Source: Felis catus (taxonomy: Eukaryota). Taken from it: 64,000 bases of DNA. Below, piece by piece: positions 49,811 through 62,490 of the stretch. Where the stretch lies: assembly GCF_018350175.1 (NCBI RefSeq), contig NC_058368.1, positions 5,642,001 to 5,706,000 of the forward strand, read 5' to 3'. Below the pieces are notes generated by a model. The model saw only the letters and a list, made by a program, of their open reading frames with translations, was not told where the DNA came from and made no database searches. The translations under genes were made by a program, and so were the position numbers. How positions within the stretch are numbered: position 1 is the stretch's first letter; the number at the start of each line of letters is the position of its first letter.

Positions 49811-50639
49811 ATCTCTTGTCGTGGCCCTTTTTGCCAGTGTCCATGTGTTAATCTTATTGTGAGCCCCTCAGCCTCCCTCCAAAACCAGTTGGAGCCAGTT
49901 GGCCTCCACCCTTTGGTCCCACCTTCCCCTTCACTGCCGGCCTCTGCAGCTACCCCGCTGCAAGCTTCCGCCTCTGCTGTGGCTCCCACCCAGCGAGGCT
50001 CTCCTTTGTCTCCTCAGCTACGTAGAGGCCCCTCTCTCGGCCCAACAGGCTCCACCCTCCCTTCGATGGCTCCTATAGGCTCGTGCCTTGATTAATATTC
50101 TCTGTTCCAGATGCCTCCTGTGGCTTTTTATCGTCTCCTGAATTAAATCTAAACCCCTGAGGCCCACATTCAGGGCTGCCTCCCTACACACGGCCCAAAC
50201 CCAAGCACGTTTTTTTCTTGCAGAGAATATTCCCGTCACTCCCATCTTGGGTCTTTGTTCCAGCTCTTCTTCTGGCTGGAGCGTTTCTCATCACTTGTAA
50301 CTATATGGAATCTGAGTGAGCCCCACATGAGCACCCCTCTTAAAGACCGCTTTGCCTTCCACACACCTATCTTCTTTCTCTACCAACCAGAAGCTGCTAG
50401 AAGACAGGCCTGGCCCTCCGGCTCCCCATGTGGCCCCAGCATCACACACACACTGATTTGAACTCTGTGAGTTCGGACCTGGACACCCCCCTCCAGCACC
50501 TCGTACCAGGCCTCACGCGGCCGTGCCATACGCTGGTGCTGTTGTGGCCTAAAAACGGAATTTATCAACATTGTGACATCTTTCACACGTAGGGACAAAG
50601 GACATGGAATCAAATACACAGCCTACTCAAATGTTAACA

Positions 50640-51750
50640 AGCCATGTGCTTTATCTCTTCTTGAAAAGAAACAGAATGTTAACCATACTGTTGAGTGCCC
50701 TGGTTGCCCTCCGAATCTCGTTCACTCTGAGATAGAAACACTCTTGTGCCTTTAATGTTTACTATTTTTATGCATGTATTATGTACATAAAAACCTATAG
50801 AACATATAAACAATATATAGTGTTGATTTTTGCAGGGTTTTGAAGCTTTATAAAGATTGTATCATATATACCCTTCTCTTCAACACTGGGTGTTTGGGTT
50901 GTTTTTTTTTTTCAAAGCTATTTTTGGTGTTTACCCATAGTTATAGAATTGTACTTCGTTAATTTTCATGCTGTTTGCGGTTGTATAAATATGCCAGAAC
51001 TTATTTATTCTCCTGTTGATAAACATTTAAGTTACTTTTTTTTTTTTTTGCCATTACTGAAAATACTATAGCAAACTTTCTTGTCTATATCTGCAGACAT
51101 GTTATGAGTTTCCCTAGAGTATTCCAGGAATGGAATGAGCATTGGAAATTTCTCAATGCTTTTAATGCAGATCTTTTCATGCAAAACGTTTTCATTTTAA
51201 TGCATTCAAGTTCATCTCTTTCCTTCATGGTTTCTGCTGTTTCATATCAAATTTTCTTTTTTTTATTTATTTTTTATTTTGTATTCTTTTTTCAACGTTT
51301 ATTTATTTTTGAGAGACAGAGACAGAGCCTGAGTGGGGAGAAGAACAGAGAGAGAGACACACACACAGAATCCGAAGCAGACTCCAGGCTCCAAGCTGTC
51401 AGCACGGAGCCTAACACGGGGTTCGAACCCACAAACTGCGAGATTATGACCTGAGCCGAAGTCAGACGCTTAACCGACTGAGCCACCCAGGCGCCCCTCG
51501 TATCAAATTTTCTAAAAACTAATCAAGGTTATAAAGGTCTTCCTCCACACTTTGTTCTACAAGTTTAAAAGTTTTGCTTTTCACCTTGGAAGTGACATGT
51601 GCATGGGGTGTAAAGCAGGTGTACTTGGATTTTTTACAACGACATAAATGGGACCACGTCCCGGCGAGCCCTCCTCCCCCACTGATGCACAGGATACTTG
51701 GCTGCTAGATTTCTAGTACCGTCATGTGGGATTCTTCATGTCCAGACTCT
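50640..51750 (-). mobile_element. Old L1 (L1ME-like) fragments
   Basis: aaacaatatatagtgttg...ttttgaagctttataaa...tttattctcctgttgataaacatttaag...ttctacaagtttaaaagttttgcttttcac; split by the SINE at 51258. Confidence 0.65.
51258..51497 (-). mobile_element. Can-SINE (SINEC_Fc)
   Basis: TSD tcatatcaaattttct (51242) / tcgtatcaaattttct (51498). Confidence 0.96.
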
Positions 51751-52180
51751 CTGGTGTTGCATCTGAGGGGCAGGGTCCGAGCAGAGTGGGGCTGGTGACG
51801 CCCTGCTAGAGGAACATGAGCATTTGCCTCCAGACAAATGGGTTTGAACCTAGAGAGCATCTGAGATGCACCACGATCCCTGCACCGGAGACTTTGTCTC
51901 TCTAGAGAGCCTCAGAGTAGCAAGACCCCAGTATAGTGACGTCTAAGCATCTATAAGCTGGACATCTCTGGAGAACCGCTGGGCCATAAATTACAGGTGT
52001 CCTCTCCTCACTCAAATTATTCCCGTTTTATAAAAATGATTCTTTTCTAACTTTTAGATGCCCTCTGGGATGCTTTGAAGGCCAAGATATTATTTTTGTT
52101 TCATAGGTATCAACTTTAATAAGACTTGCCCAACTGAAGAATAATGAGGAACCATAAAATCTCAACAGATCCTGCGGTGT

Positions 52181-52187
52181 ATACACA

Positions 52188-52221
<34 letters not shown>

Positions 52222-52290
52222 ATGTGGGACTTGAACTCATGACCCCAAGATCAAGAGTCGCATGCTCCACCGACAGAGCCCCAGGCCCCC
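52181..52290 (-). mobile_element. Short older Can-SINE with internal (CA)n
   Basis: (CA)n at 52183-52221, then aatgtgggacttgaactcatgaccccaagatcaagagtcgcatgctccaccgac. Confidence 0.85.
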
Positions 52291-52734
52291 GCAGACTGTG
52301 AGCCGTCCGTTAACAGACATGTGCTGTGTTGTCTGTTACCGATCACCAAGACATGGCAGACTTTGCTTTATTGAGTGAGGATACAAGATTGCTTTCTCAG
52401 CACGACTGCACTACATTGGGGAGATAACATTCCCATGGAATAGTTGAATTGTTTAAATCATCTAAATTTGTCATTTTAAGATGCTACATTTCAAGCAGAA
52501 TAGAAAAAGACAAGGGTCAGAAATGTGGCAAAAGAATTTATGTATGGCAAAGTCAGACGAGGATTTCTAAGCTAAAAATGGAAGCAGGATTTTACAAACT
52601 TAAAGGCTTGCGATGTATTAAAACGAATGTTATTGAAATGCTAATAAATCATAATAAAATACTAGCCAATTATGAGTAGACAGCACAGCCATTGTCTGTT
52701 AAGAGCATGACTCTCATACCATGGGACAGGCAGG

Positions 52735-52905
52735 CCCTGGCTCTAGAGTCCAGAGAGACCTGGGTTCAAATCCCACCTCAGATCCTTGCCGTGTGACCTG
52801 AAATTGGTCACTTAACCTTAGCCTTAAGTTGTATCATCTGTAAAATGAGAACAGTGAGTTTCTTTCTTGCAGGTGTTTCTGTGGGGCTTAGAAATAACAG
52901 ATGTG
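52735..52905 (+). mobile_element. MIR SINE
   Basis: ggctctagagtccagagagacctgggttcaaatccc...gtgtgacct...cacttaacct...catctgtaaaatgag. Confidence 0.8.
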
Positions 52906-52908
52906 GGA

Positions 52909-53157
52909 GGGGCACCTGGGTGTCTCAGTTGGTTGAGCGTCTGACTCCTGATTTCAGCTCAGGTCATATCACGATCATGAAATTGAACCCACATCAGGCT
53001 CTACTTTGAGTGTGGACCTACTTAAGATTCTCTCCCTCTCTCTTCCTCTGCCCCCTCTCCCCTGCTCATGTATGCTCTCTCTCTGTCTCTGTCTGCCCCC
53101 TCTCCTCTGCTCGTGTGCGCGCGCGCTCTCTCTCAAATAAATTTTAAAAAAAGAAAA
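52909..53157 (+). mobile_element. Can-SINE with internal duplication, inserted at the MIR 3' part
   Basis: Canonical head. Degenerate TSD agaaataacagatgtggga / agaaataatatacctggga. Confidence 0.92.
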
Positions 53158-54284
53158 AGAAATAATATACCTGGGAGTACCTAGGAGGAGAGGTTCCATA
53201 GAAGAGAGTAGAAGCTCAAGAGAGTAGAAGAGAGTAGAACCTCCCACTTGGGCCAGAGGCCAGTGGCGTCTTTAAGGAAAACAGAAAATGCCAGGGAAGG
53301 GTTGGGAGGAAGTGAGGGTTGGTTTTAGAGTAATACTATATACATTTATATTGTTTGGGATACCCTTGCTGGGAGTTTGGAGGTCCTGCAGCGTGTGCTT
53401 GTGAATCCTTACATGCATCCGGCAGCGTTGTGCATAGAGACAAGTGAGTAGTTTAACCAAATACCCCACATTCTGTCCGTGTGTGTAGATGTCTGTGGGT
53501 GGAGTCTTGGAGGAGCGCGCTCCCCCTTCGTCTTTGTATCTCTTGTGAGTAACCGAGAGGTTGACGTGGAATGGGTGCTCAAACACTGGTTGTTGCCGTG
53601 AAGCGTTGAGTTTTGTGAAAGAAAGAAACCGACTCGATGAGTAGAAGGCATTAATTTCTTAATTTGGTACTTGGTGTTTTGCAGTGCTCGCTTGGTTATC
53701 GCGAAAACTTGACTAAAGCTAGTCTCTTCCCCCGCGAGAATATTGTTTCTATTTAAAAAAGGAAATCTGAACTTTGGTGTGGGGGAGCAGTAAAAAGTAA
53801 CAGCAAGAGTGACTGAAAGAGAGAGAGAGAGAGAGAAGTAGGCAGAAGACGTCCCCGGGGAGCCACAGGCTGCTGCTAAATTTCAGCTGCAGTTGTCAGA
53901 GTTAAAGAAAACATCGGAGAAAGTGTCTCATCGCGGGGTCCCCGGATTGTTCTGCTGTGAGTAAGGCCAGCTGAGGGGTGGACCAAGGCCAGCTGGCAGG
54001 GGCTCAGACGACCGGGTGCCATGTACCAGCCACTGAGCTCATTTGCTCCACCTCGGTCACTTTACAGCCAGAGCTGCTTCAAGATCAGCACAAGGCACCG
54101 TGCAGATGTTTGGGGGCTGGGAAAGCAAGGCAGAGTTTGAGGAAGGAAGAAGTACATGCTTAGTGCTGAAGGGTGAGCCCAGGCCTTCTTGGGGATTTGG
54201 TGAAGTAAAATGTGTTTGAATACAGCTAACTGGACACTGGGCTCAACAGCCTTGGGAGGGAGGTGCCAGTGCTCTCTTGGTTCT

Positions 54285-54405
54285 ACCAGGAAACTGAGGC
54301 ATGGTGAGGTTAATTAACTCGTTGAAGTGTCATGGTCTAAAGCATAGAGGCAGAATTCTATCCCAGGTTTATCTGAATCCAAAGTCCTCATTCTTCACTA
54401 CCGTA
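54285..54405 (-). mobile_element. MIR fragment
   Basis: aggaaactgaggcatggtgaggttaattaactc...cagaattctatcccaggtttatctgaatccaaagtcc. Confidence 0.7.
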
Positions 54406-55055
54406 TTTAGCTGCCGAGAAAATCCCTACAGGAGCAGTAAGGAGTTAGCCCAAGGCTGCCACATTGGGTTCTAGAACTCTGCTCCCTCGGTGAATGTTCA
54501 TTGTGACTTTGTGAGGCAATGGAGCCCAGCGTCTGTATCCCCGAAGAGATGTCCCTCTCCTCCTGAGAGCCCTTGTGGTTGTGGATCTCCATTCTGGGAA
54601 ATAGATTGAGAAGCACCCCAAGGACTCTGGAAAACAGAGAAGCTTGGATCCATAGCAGTGATCAAGAGTCAGTCGAAGCCTGGATCTAAGCAAAAGTGGG
54701 ATATAAAGTTTGCTGATTCAAGGGCTTTCCATGTGTGCCCCCACCTCTGCTCCCAGGCCCAGTAAGCTCCTGCCTACAACTCTACCTGGGAATGTCCTGT
54801 GCCTGCTGATCAGCTATCTAGTGTACAAATTATTCTCAAATCCAGGTATGTTTTTGTAACTGTTAATTCCATTTTCCTTAAACTTGTTCATGGAACACCC
54901 CTGACAGTGGAGGAAAGTGAAGATTCACATTCCCCAGGGATGCCTGGGGACATACGCTGTGGCATTGCATCTCAGAAATGATATTGATTCGAAGACTCTG
55001 GTTTTAGGAAAAGAGAAACCATGCAAATCTATTACAAAAAATGTTCTTGGTTTTA

Positions 55056-56116
55056 TCTTCTATATCATTTATTTCTGCTCTAATCTTTATTCTTTACTTC
55101 TGCTGGTTTCAGGCTTCATTTGTTCTTTTTCTAGCTCCTTTAGGCATAAAGTTAGGTTATTTATTTGAGGGTTTTTTGTTGTTGTTGTTTCTTAAGGTAG
55201 GCCTATATTGCTTTAAACTTCCTTCTTAGAACCACTTTTGCTGTGTCCCAAAGGCTTTGGGCCATTGTGGTTTCATTTTCTTCTGTTTCCAATGTACTTT
55301 ATCATTTCTCCTTTTATGTCCTGGTTGACCCTTTCATTGTTTCGTAGTATGTTATTTATCCTCCATGTATTTATGATCTTTCCAGATTTTTTCTTGTGGT
55401 TGACTTCTAGTTTCATAACGTTGTGGTCAGCAAAGGTGCGTGATATGACTTCGATCTTCCAAAATTTGTTGAGGCTGTTTCTGTGGGCTAATGTGTGGTC
55501 TATTCTAGAGAATGTTCCATGTGCACTTGAAAAGAATGTGTATTCTGCTGTTTTAGGCTGGAATGTTCTGAAGATACCTGTTAAATCCATCTGGTCCAGT
55601 CTGTCATTCAAAGCCATCATTTCCTTGTTGATTTTCTGTTTAGATGATTTGTCCATCGATCTAAGTGGAGTGGCAAAGCCCCCTACTATTATTGTGTGAC
55701 TATTGATTCGTTCCTTTATGTTTGTTATTAACTCTTGTATGTATTTGGGGGTTCCGTGTTGGGGACATAAATATTTACAATTGTTAGATCTTGTTGAATC
55801 ATCCCCTTTATTATTATGTACTGTCCTTCTTTATGTCTTGTTATAGTCTTTGTTTTAAAGTCTATTTGTCTGATATAAGTATTGCTACTCTGATCACTTC
55901 TGATGTTCACTTATATGACAAATGTTTCTCCATCCCCTCACTTTCAACCTGCAGGTATCTTTAGGTCTGAAATGAGTCTCTTGTAGGCAGCATATACATG
56001 GGTCTTGTTTTTCTGTTTTGTTTTTGTTTTTATCCATTCTGTCACCATACATCTTTTGATTGGAGCATTTAGTCCATTTACATTCAAAGCAATTATTAAT
56101 GTATATTTATTGCCAT
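55056..56116 (-). pseudogene. L1 ORF2p APE endonuclease domain, frameshifted and truncated
   Basis: KEGQYIIIKGMIQQDLTIVNIYVPN and AEYTFFSSAHGTFSRIDHTLAH...DHNVMKLEVN. Start atggcaataaat at 56116. Confidence 0.92.
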
Positions 56117-56503
56117 CTTATTACTTGTTTTGTGGTTGTTTCTGAAGATTTTCTCTGATCCTTTCTTGTCTTTTTCTCTTTCATGGTTTGCTGGTTTTCT
56201 TTAGTGATATATTTGGATTTCTTTATTTTTATTCTTTGCATATTTGTTAGTGGTTTTTGATTTGTGGTTACCATTAGGTTTGTATATAACATGTTCTGCA
56301 TATAGCAATCTATATTAAGTCAATGGTCATTTGGGTTGGAACCCATTCTTTACTCCTCTCTTCCCCACATTTTAGGTATATAGTGTCATATCTCACATCC
56401 TTTTATTTTGTGATTCCTTAACCGACTTCTTACAGAAATATTCATTTTTACCACTTTTGTATTTCCTACCTTCATACCGACATTTTGGGTCTTTCCTTTC
56501 CAC

Positions 56504-57386
56504 TCAAAGAGTCTCCTTTAATATTTCATGCAGGGCTGGTTTAGTGGTCCAATACTCCTTTAGATTCTGTTTGTCTGGGAAACTCTTTATCTCTCCTTCT
56601 ATCCTGAATGATAGCCTTGCTGGATAGAGTATTCCTGGCTGCAGATTTAACCCATTCAACACTTTGAATATATCATGCCACTCCCTTCTGGCTTGCAAAG
56701 TTTCTGTTGAAGACTCCGCTGATAGCCTTACGGGGTTTCTTTTGTATGTAACTGTCTTCTTTGGTGTTACTGCTTTTAATGTTTTTTCTTTATCCCTATA
56801 TTTTGCCATTGTAATTACAATAAATCTTGGTATGGGTCTGCTTTTATTGATCCTGTTGGGGGTTCTTTTTGCCTCCCGGATCTGGATATCTGTTTCCTTC
56901 CCCAGATTAGGAAAGTTTTCAGTTATTATTTCTTCAGATAAATTTTCTGGTCCCTTCTCTCTCTCTTCTTCTTCTGGGATGCCCATCATATGAATGTTAA
57001 TACCTTTTGCGGAGTCACTGAATTCCCGGAATCTATTCTCGTTTACATAATTCTTTTCTTCTTTTTCTTTCTTTCTTTTTTTTCCCACTTTTGCTCAGCT
57101 TGCTTACCTTCCACTACTCTGTCTTCTAGGTCATTAATTGTTCTTCTGCTTCTTCCAGCCTGCTCTTCATTCCATCAGGTTTGTTTCTCATTTCATTTAT
57201 TGAGCCCTTATCTCTGCTGTGTTATTCCTTATATCTGTGTTAATGGTCTCACTGATGCCCTCCACTCTTTTCTCAAGTCCAGTGCTTTAAATTCTCAACC
57301 AGGCATGTTACTGATATCTATTTCACTTAGGTCTTCACCCATGGCCTTGTTCTGTGCGTTAGAGACAGATTCCTCCATCTTCTCAT
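56504..57386 (-). pseudogene. L1 ORF1p, decayed (RRM and CTD readable in ORF 56504-57088)
   Basis: GIPEEEEREKGPENLSEEIITENFPNLGKETDIQIREAKRTP...QARREWHDIFKVL...LYPARLSFRIEGEIKSFPDKQ. Probable start ATG at 57386. Confidence 0.92.
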
Positions 57387-59811
57387 TTTGTCTAAGTCTC
57401 TGTGCCTATTTCTGTGTGTTAGGAAAGTCAGCTACATCCCCTGGTTTTGAAGGTAATGACTTTATGAAGAAGAGGTCCTGTAGTGCCCTTCTGTGGAGTT
57501 TCCCTTATTCCCAAGGGCCTCGCATTTCCAGGAGTGTCTCCACTGTGTGCTGTGTACTCTCTGTTCTTGTGTCCTGGCCACTTTATCCTTCAAGTCAGTC
57601 AGCTCCAGAAGCTCTCTTTGCCTGTTGTGAGCAGTATTTGATCCCTGGCCTGAATGTGGTGCATTTTAACTAGGTGTGCCCTGGTCTGCTTGTGAAATGA
57701 GACCTGTTGTCACTGCCACTGGAACCGAGGCCTTGCAAAACTCCCTTGTTAGGAGATTCATGTTAGCAGGGATTTGGGCCAGTGTTTTGGGGGACCCCCC
57801 CCCACCATGCTGGGACTGAGGCAAGCATGACTGGAAGGAGCAGTTCCACCAGAACGTCAGGGGCAGGGCTTGGTGTAAGCAAGTTAGGTAGCAAGTGTCA
57901 GCACTTTGCAGATTCCCAGGTGGCCCTGGGCTTATGCTGAGGGGCACAGGAGGAAAAGGCAGCAGCCAGTTCCTTTGTTCTCTGAGCTATCCCTCTGTGA
58001 ATGCCGTCTCTCTGGGTCGTGCTCTGAGATGAGCGAATAATCTCCCTACCGTGTGCCGTAGTGGCTCTTCATATCCCTATTTCCATTTTCCATGGTGTAT
58101 GTCCATGAGCTGTTTGCCCTGCCTTCTCTGCAAGAGCAGCACAATGCCCTCCGAGCTGTCCCAGAGCCAAGCCCACTGACTTTTAAAATCCAGGCTTTAA
58201 GCCTCACTGGTTGCAAGAACTCACACAGTTTGGGCCCTCTCACTTTCCACGCCAATTACCATGGGGATTTGTTTTCCTACTATGCTTGTTCCCCTGTGTC
58301 CTAGTCTGTCTCTTGCCCTTCTCTGCAACTGTGGCTCCCTCCTCGACCACAGTGACCACAGTCTCTTTCTCTTTCTCTCCCAAGCCATGTCTCTATACTT
58401 CCTGCCTTCTTCGATGTGGCATCTTCTCTATCTTTAGTTGTTTGTTATGCCACTCTTCAGATGGATTTCTGGGGTATTTAGGATGGTTTCATAGTTACCT
58501 AGTTGTGTTTCTACAGAATGAGATGAGCCTAGGGTCCTCCTGCTCTGCTGCCGTCTTCCCCTTATCCTCTTTTCTTGGCTTTAATATGAAATCATCTATT
58601 TTTCAAATCTTTGGGTAAGGTTGAGGATCGAGAAAGAGGTGTCTTGTTAATCCCATGGATTTTACTCTAATTGGGACTATGCAAATCTTCCAGGTCATGT
58701 TAGCATTTTAAAAAGTATTCTAAATGCACAAAGTAGTGATCAGTGGGGACTTTTCAGGGAGATAAAATATCTCATATTTAGGATATGTGTGTGAGTGTAT
58801 ATATTCTATTAGTTATGCAGTTCCCATTGTCTACCTCTGCATTAATTTCAGTAAAAGTTGGGGAGACAATCCTTCCTAGGGTCAGTCCTGTCAGGCTACC
58901 TGAGTGGCTGCTGGCCTTATGTACCCGTAATGCCATGTCCTGGGTAGAAGTTCTTATCGTCACTTGAAACAACGATTCAATGTCTTTTAGTTTGTGGTTC
59001 CTGCCACCGAGGAACCTACGGGAAACCCTGAAGCCGACCGGATCTCCCATCTCTGAATTCCTTTAAATCTATGCTAAGGATCAGGATGGTTGTGGGCTGC
59101 TTATTCTCCAGTTTAATTCTGCATTACTGGGGAGATCTCACTCACTCCTCAGCCCTGTGGAAGCAGCTTAGGCTCTGTGACAGTCTGGGTTGATCATTTT
59201 CCCCAGCTTCCTGGATGGGGACTCAGGCAGGCACCATATTTAGCCTTTTGACGTGTTCCCACATAGAGAACATTTTTCATGAGCAATTAGCCCCTACTCT
59301 TTTTTCTTTTCTGCTTGGGTACAAAGTAAGTTATCAGCGGACATCTTTCAGCATCGTAGAGCGACAGCTGAGTCTGTGCTCTGAGTGGTGTTCTGTAGAG
59401 ATGAGAGCCGTGCTTGGCCTGGTATGATGAGAGGAAGCTCACCTTGATCAATTAAAAATAGAAGGCCCCCTGTCAGCAGTCAGCACCAGTGAGTGGTGCT
59501 CATACTTGAACCTAAAGAATAGATTTTAGCTATTTCACTATTTAGCTTTTTTCACTATTAACACCTGCTGCCCATCACCCACCAACAACCTGTTTGCAAT
59601 ATAACTTGGGAATCCCGCATCATACGGCTCAACCTGTCCAGCCACCTGAGAGCAGTGACGCGTGAACCTCCTGACAGCTGGGGCAGATCGTCATCTTCTG
59701 GACCCAGCCCCCCTCAAAACTCACTCAAGAGCCACTCTCTATCGCTATTGTTCACTGCTAGGATATCCAAGTAAGATTGGGGCTTCTACCAATAGGGTAA
59801 AAAAAATCAGC

Positions 59812-60010
59812 TCATTATAGGTAACGTGTATAGCGCTTACCATGGGCCACACACTGTTTCCAGTACTTTCCATTTGTTCATTTAGGCCTCATGGTATGCC
59901 TAGGGAGTTAAGTAATATATATTTCCCATTTTACAGAGGAAGAAGCCAAGGCCTGGTGATTAAATAAGAGTAGGCAGCAGAGTGGGATTGAGGTCCAGGT
60001 AGGCTGTCTG
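59812..60010 (-). mobile_element. MIR SINE
   Basis: atagcgcttaccatgggccacacactg...tttcccattttacagaggaagaagccaaggc...gggattgaggtccaggt. Confidence 0.75.
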
Positions 60011-60014
60011 TGCC

Positions 60015-60435
60015 TGTTAGGGACTGGATGTCCGTGTCCCCCTCAAATTTTTATATTGAAGCCTTAACCCCTAATGTAATGGTAATTTAGAGATGGGACC
60101 TTTGAGAGGTGATTAGGTTCAGATGAGGTCACGTGGCAGGGGCGGGGGCCTCGTGGTGGGATTAGTGCCCTTGTAAGAGGAGACATCAGAGAACTTGCTC
60201 CTTCTCTTTCCCTCCCTCCCTCTTTGCACACACACGCGCACACACACACACACGCAGGTCATGTGAGCACAGTGAGAAATCAGCCTTCTGCGAGCCACAA
60301 GAGAGCTTTCACAAGAAAGCAGGCTGGCGGGCGCCCTGCTCCCAGATGTCCAGCCTCCAGAACTATGAGGATGAATGTCTGTGGTCTACGCCCACAGTCC
60401 CTGGCATGCTGTTACGGCAGCTCGGGCTGCCAGTG
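60015..60435 (+). mobile_element. MLT1A-like MaLR LTR
   Basis: tgttagggactggatgtccgtgtccccctcaaatt...gggacctttgagaggtgattagg...gggattagtgcccttgtaagag...tccagcctccagaactatgag. Confidence 0.85.
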
Positions 60436-61194
60436 CTCCGTCAATCCCACCTCCCACAGAAGCCCTTACAGCCCCTCAGCTTTTCAAGAAACACCTGCCG
60501 ATCCTTCTCGTCGGTCCTTCAGATGTCCTTCCTCGGCAGTGCCTCTTGGTTCAAGACCTTGATTTCGTCCGCCTCTCTGGGAGGAGGAGGGAACCAGCTC
60601 CTATTCCACCTTAGGAAGTGCAGGCGACCCACAGGCGAGGTCACAAGGGTGTATATTCTGGCACCACAGCGGCCAGTGAATATGCATGAAGTGAAAGCAG
60701 CACCTGTCTGTTCCAGAGCCCTGGGCTCTGCGGGGACCGTCTCTGTGTCTCCGGATCTTCCAGATTTGAGGGCCAGCTAATAGTAGTCATGGTGAGGGGC
60801 GCTCATCTCTCTTCGGGGGGCTCGTCACTCAGGCGGCAGATCGAAGAGGTGGGCCATCTTTATTGATATCTGTCATAAATACTGTGCTCTAATATCGAGC
60901 CCAATATTCTAAATTACCGTGGTTGTTGCCACTGTGAGACGTCTAATTTTTCTCCTCAGGGAAATGGATAACTTTCTGTGACAGCACAGTTGACTCTTTC
61001 GGCTTTCTGTGAAATCACGCGAGAATCACAATCTAGAAATAGCGAGTGTTGAAATTGTCTATAAACACCCAGAAGAAACACTGTACCACAGACACCCACA
61101 GAATAATTTCTGGAAGCCTGCAGGCTCACCTCTAGGGGAGGAGAGTCAGAACTGGTACCGTGGCATCCCTGCAGCCCTCCCCATCAGCCCCTGC

Positions 61195-61342
61195 AGGATC
61201 GAGCCCCATGTCCGGCTCTGCACTGTTAGCGCTTGGATTCTCTCTCTCCGGCTCTCTCTGCCCCTCCCCCACTCATGTGTGCATGCCGTCTTGCTCTCTC
61301 TCGCTCGCTCTCTCAAAATAAACAAATAAATATTTAAAAAAA
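61195..61342 (+). mobile_element. 5'-truncated Can-SINE
   Basis: ggatcgagccccatgtccggctctgcactg...ctctcaaaataaacaaataaatatttaaaaaaa. Confidence 0.85.
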
Positions 61343-61954
61343 TTGTACAGCACCAGTTTTAAACCTGTCCCTGTTCTCACCTTGAACGTGAGTCCCACAT
61401 TTCATAGCAGTGATAGCTGATTTCCTTGCCTTAATTTCCTGCACCAGGCCCTGTGCAGAATGGCAAGAATTGTTTTCTCCTCTGGAAAAATCGTTTCAGG
61501 AAATTCGTGGTCTCTAAAATGGGGTGCTAAAGAGCAAAATGGGAAATCAAAAGGACCACTACCCGAAAAAGGATAAGTTAATAATCCAAGTAAGCAAATC
61601 ATAGCATCAACACTCCACCTCTTCACAGCCTGTTCGGGAAAGATCGGGAACTGCCGTCTCGTCACTGGCCGGGGAATAAATAAGAGTTGAAATGTCGCCA
61701 CGGATTTGTAAAGAATCGTCCCGTTCCACGCGCCCTGAAATAAGAGTTCCCTCCCTTGGGTAGGGGTGGGGCGGGGTGAGGGGAGTCTGTGTTTCCTTCA
61801 GAGTTTTCTTTCTGGAGCTTTTGGCTTTGTCAGCGCTGCCCTGCCAGTTAGTGGGGAAAGGCTCCCCACTCCTGTGGCTTCTGTCATAAGTAGCTCACGT
61901 GGTGATGACGGTGTTTGCGAGAGCAGACCCCACACGCAAGGTGTCAGGACCACA

Positions 61955-62102
61955 GTGAGCCCCTAGAACGGCTACCATGAAAGATACGGACAAGACCAAG
62001 CGTGGTGAGGACGTGGGACAGCAGAGGTGCTCAGACATTCACTGTACTCGCGCAACTGCTTTGGTGAACTCTTGGGACGTCTCTTATAAAGTTCATCATA
62101 CA
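61955..62102 (+). mobile_element. Old L1M ORF2 3' fragment
   Basis: ctagaacggctaccatgaaagatacggacaagaccaagcgtggtgaggacgtgg...tcttataaagttcatcatacac. Confidence 0.65.
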
Positions 62103-62280
62103 CAAGCACACCTCGTTTTATTGTGCTTCACGGATACTGCATTCTTTACACATCGAAGGTTGGTGGCAACCCCACCTTGAGCAAGTCCGTTGGTGCCATT
62201 TTTCCAGCATTTGTTCACTTTGTGTCTGTGTCACGTTTTCGTAATTCTCACAAGATTTCAAACTTTGTCATCATTGTTAT

Positions 62281-62490
62281 TTATTTATTTTATTTATTTA
62301 TTTTTTATTTATTAAAATGTTAATAATTTATAATAATTTATAATAATTTATAATATAATAATTTATAATTATGTATAATAATTATTTATAATAATTTATA
62401 ACATATAATAACTTGAATTATATTATATAAATATTATATAAATATATATATTAATAATTAATAATTATTGTTAAAATAAACAATATTTAT
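62281..62490. repeat. AT-rich low-complexity tract with ataataattt units
   Basis: Almost exclusively A/T for about 200 bp. Confidence 0.95.

Larger units (their letters stand above)
55056..58571 (-). mobile_element. Carnivore-type LINE-1: 5'UTR, ORF1, long spacer and ORF2 endonuclease region; 3' truncated
   Basis: Sense 5' end gggaagacggcagcagagcaggaggaccctaggctca. ORF1 and ORF2 peptides are recognisable. Homology stops at about 55056. Confidence 0.95.

Noticed and set aside
53200..53240. agagagtaga repeated three times
   Set aside because: Ordinary short slippage repeat
53684..53957. Plus-strand exon bounded by ttttgcag and gtgagt
   Set aside because: Short pyrimidine tract, weak donor context, contains (GA)n and has no ORF support
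55238..57673. Plus-strand hydrophobic ORFs of 109-227 aa
   Set aside because: Antisense readings of the L1 element
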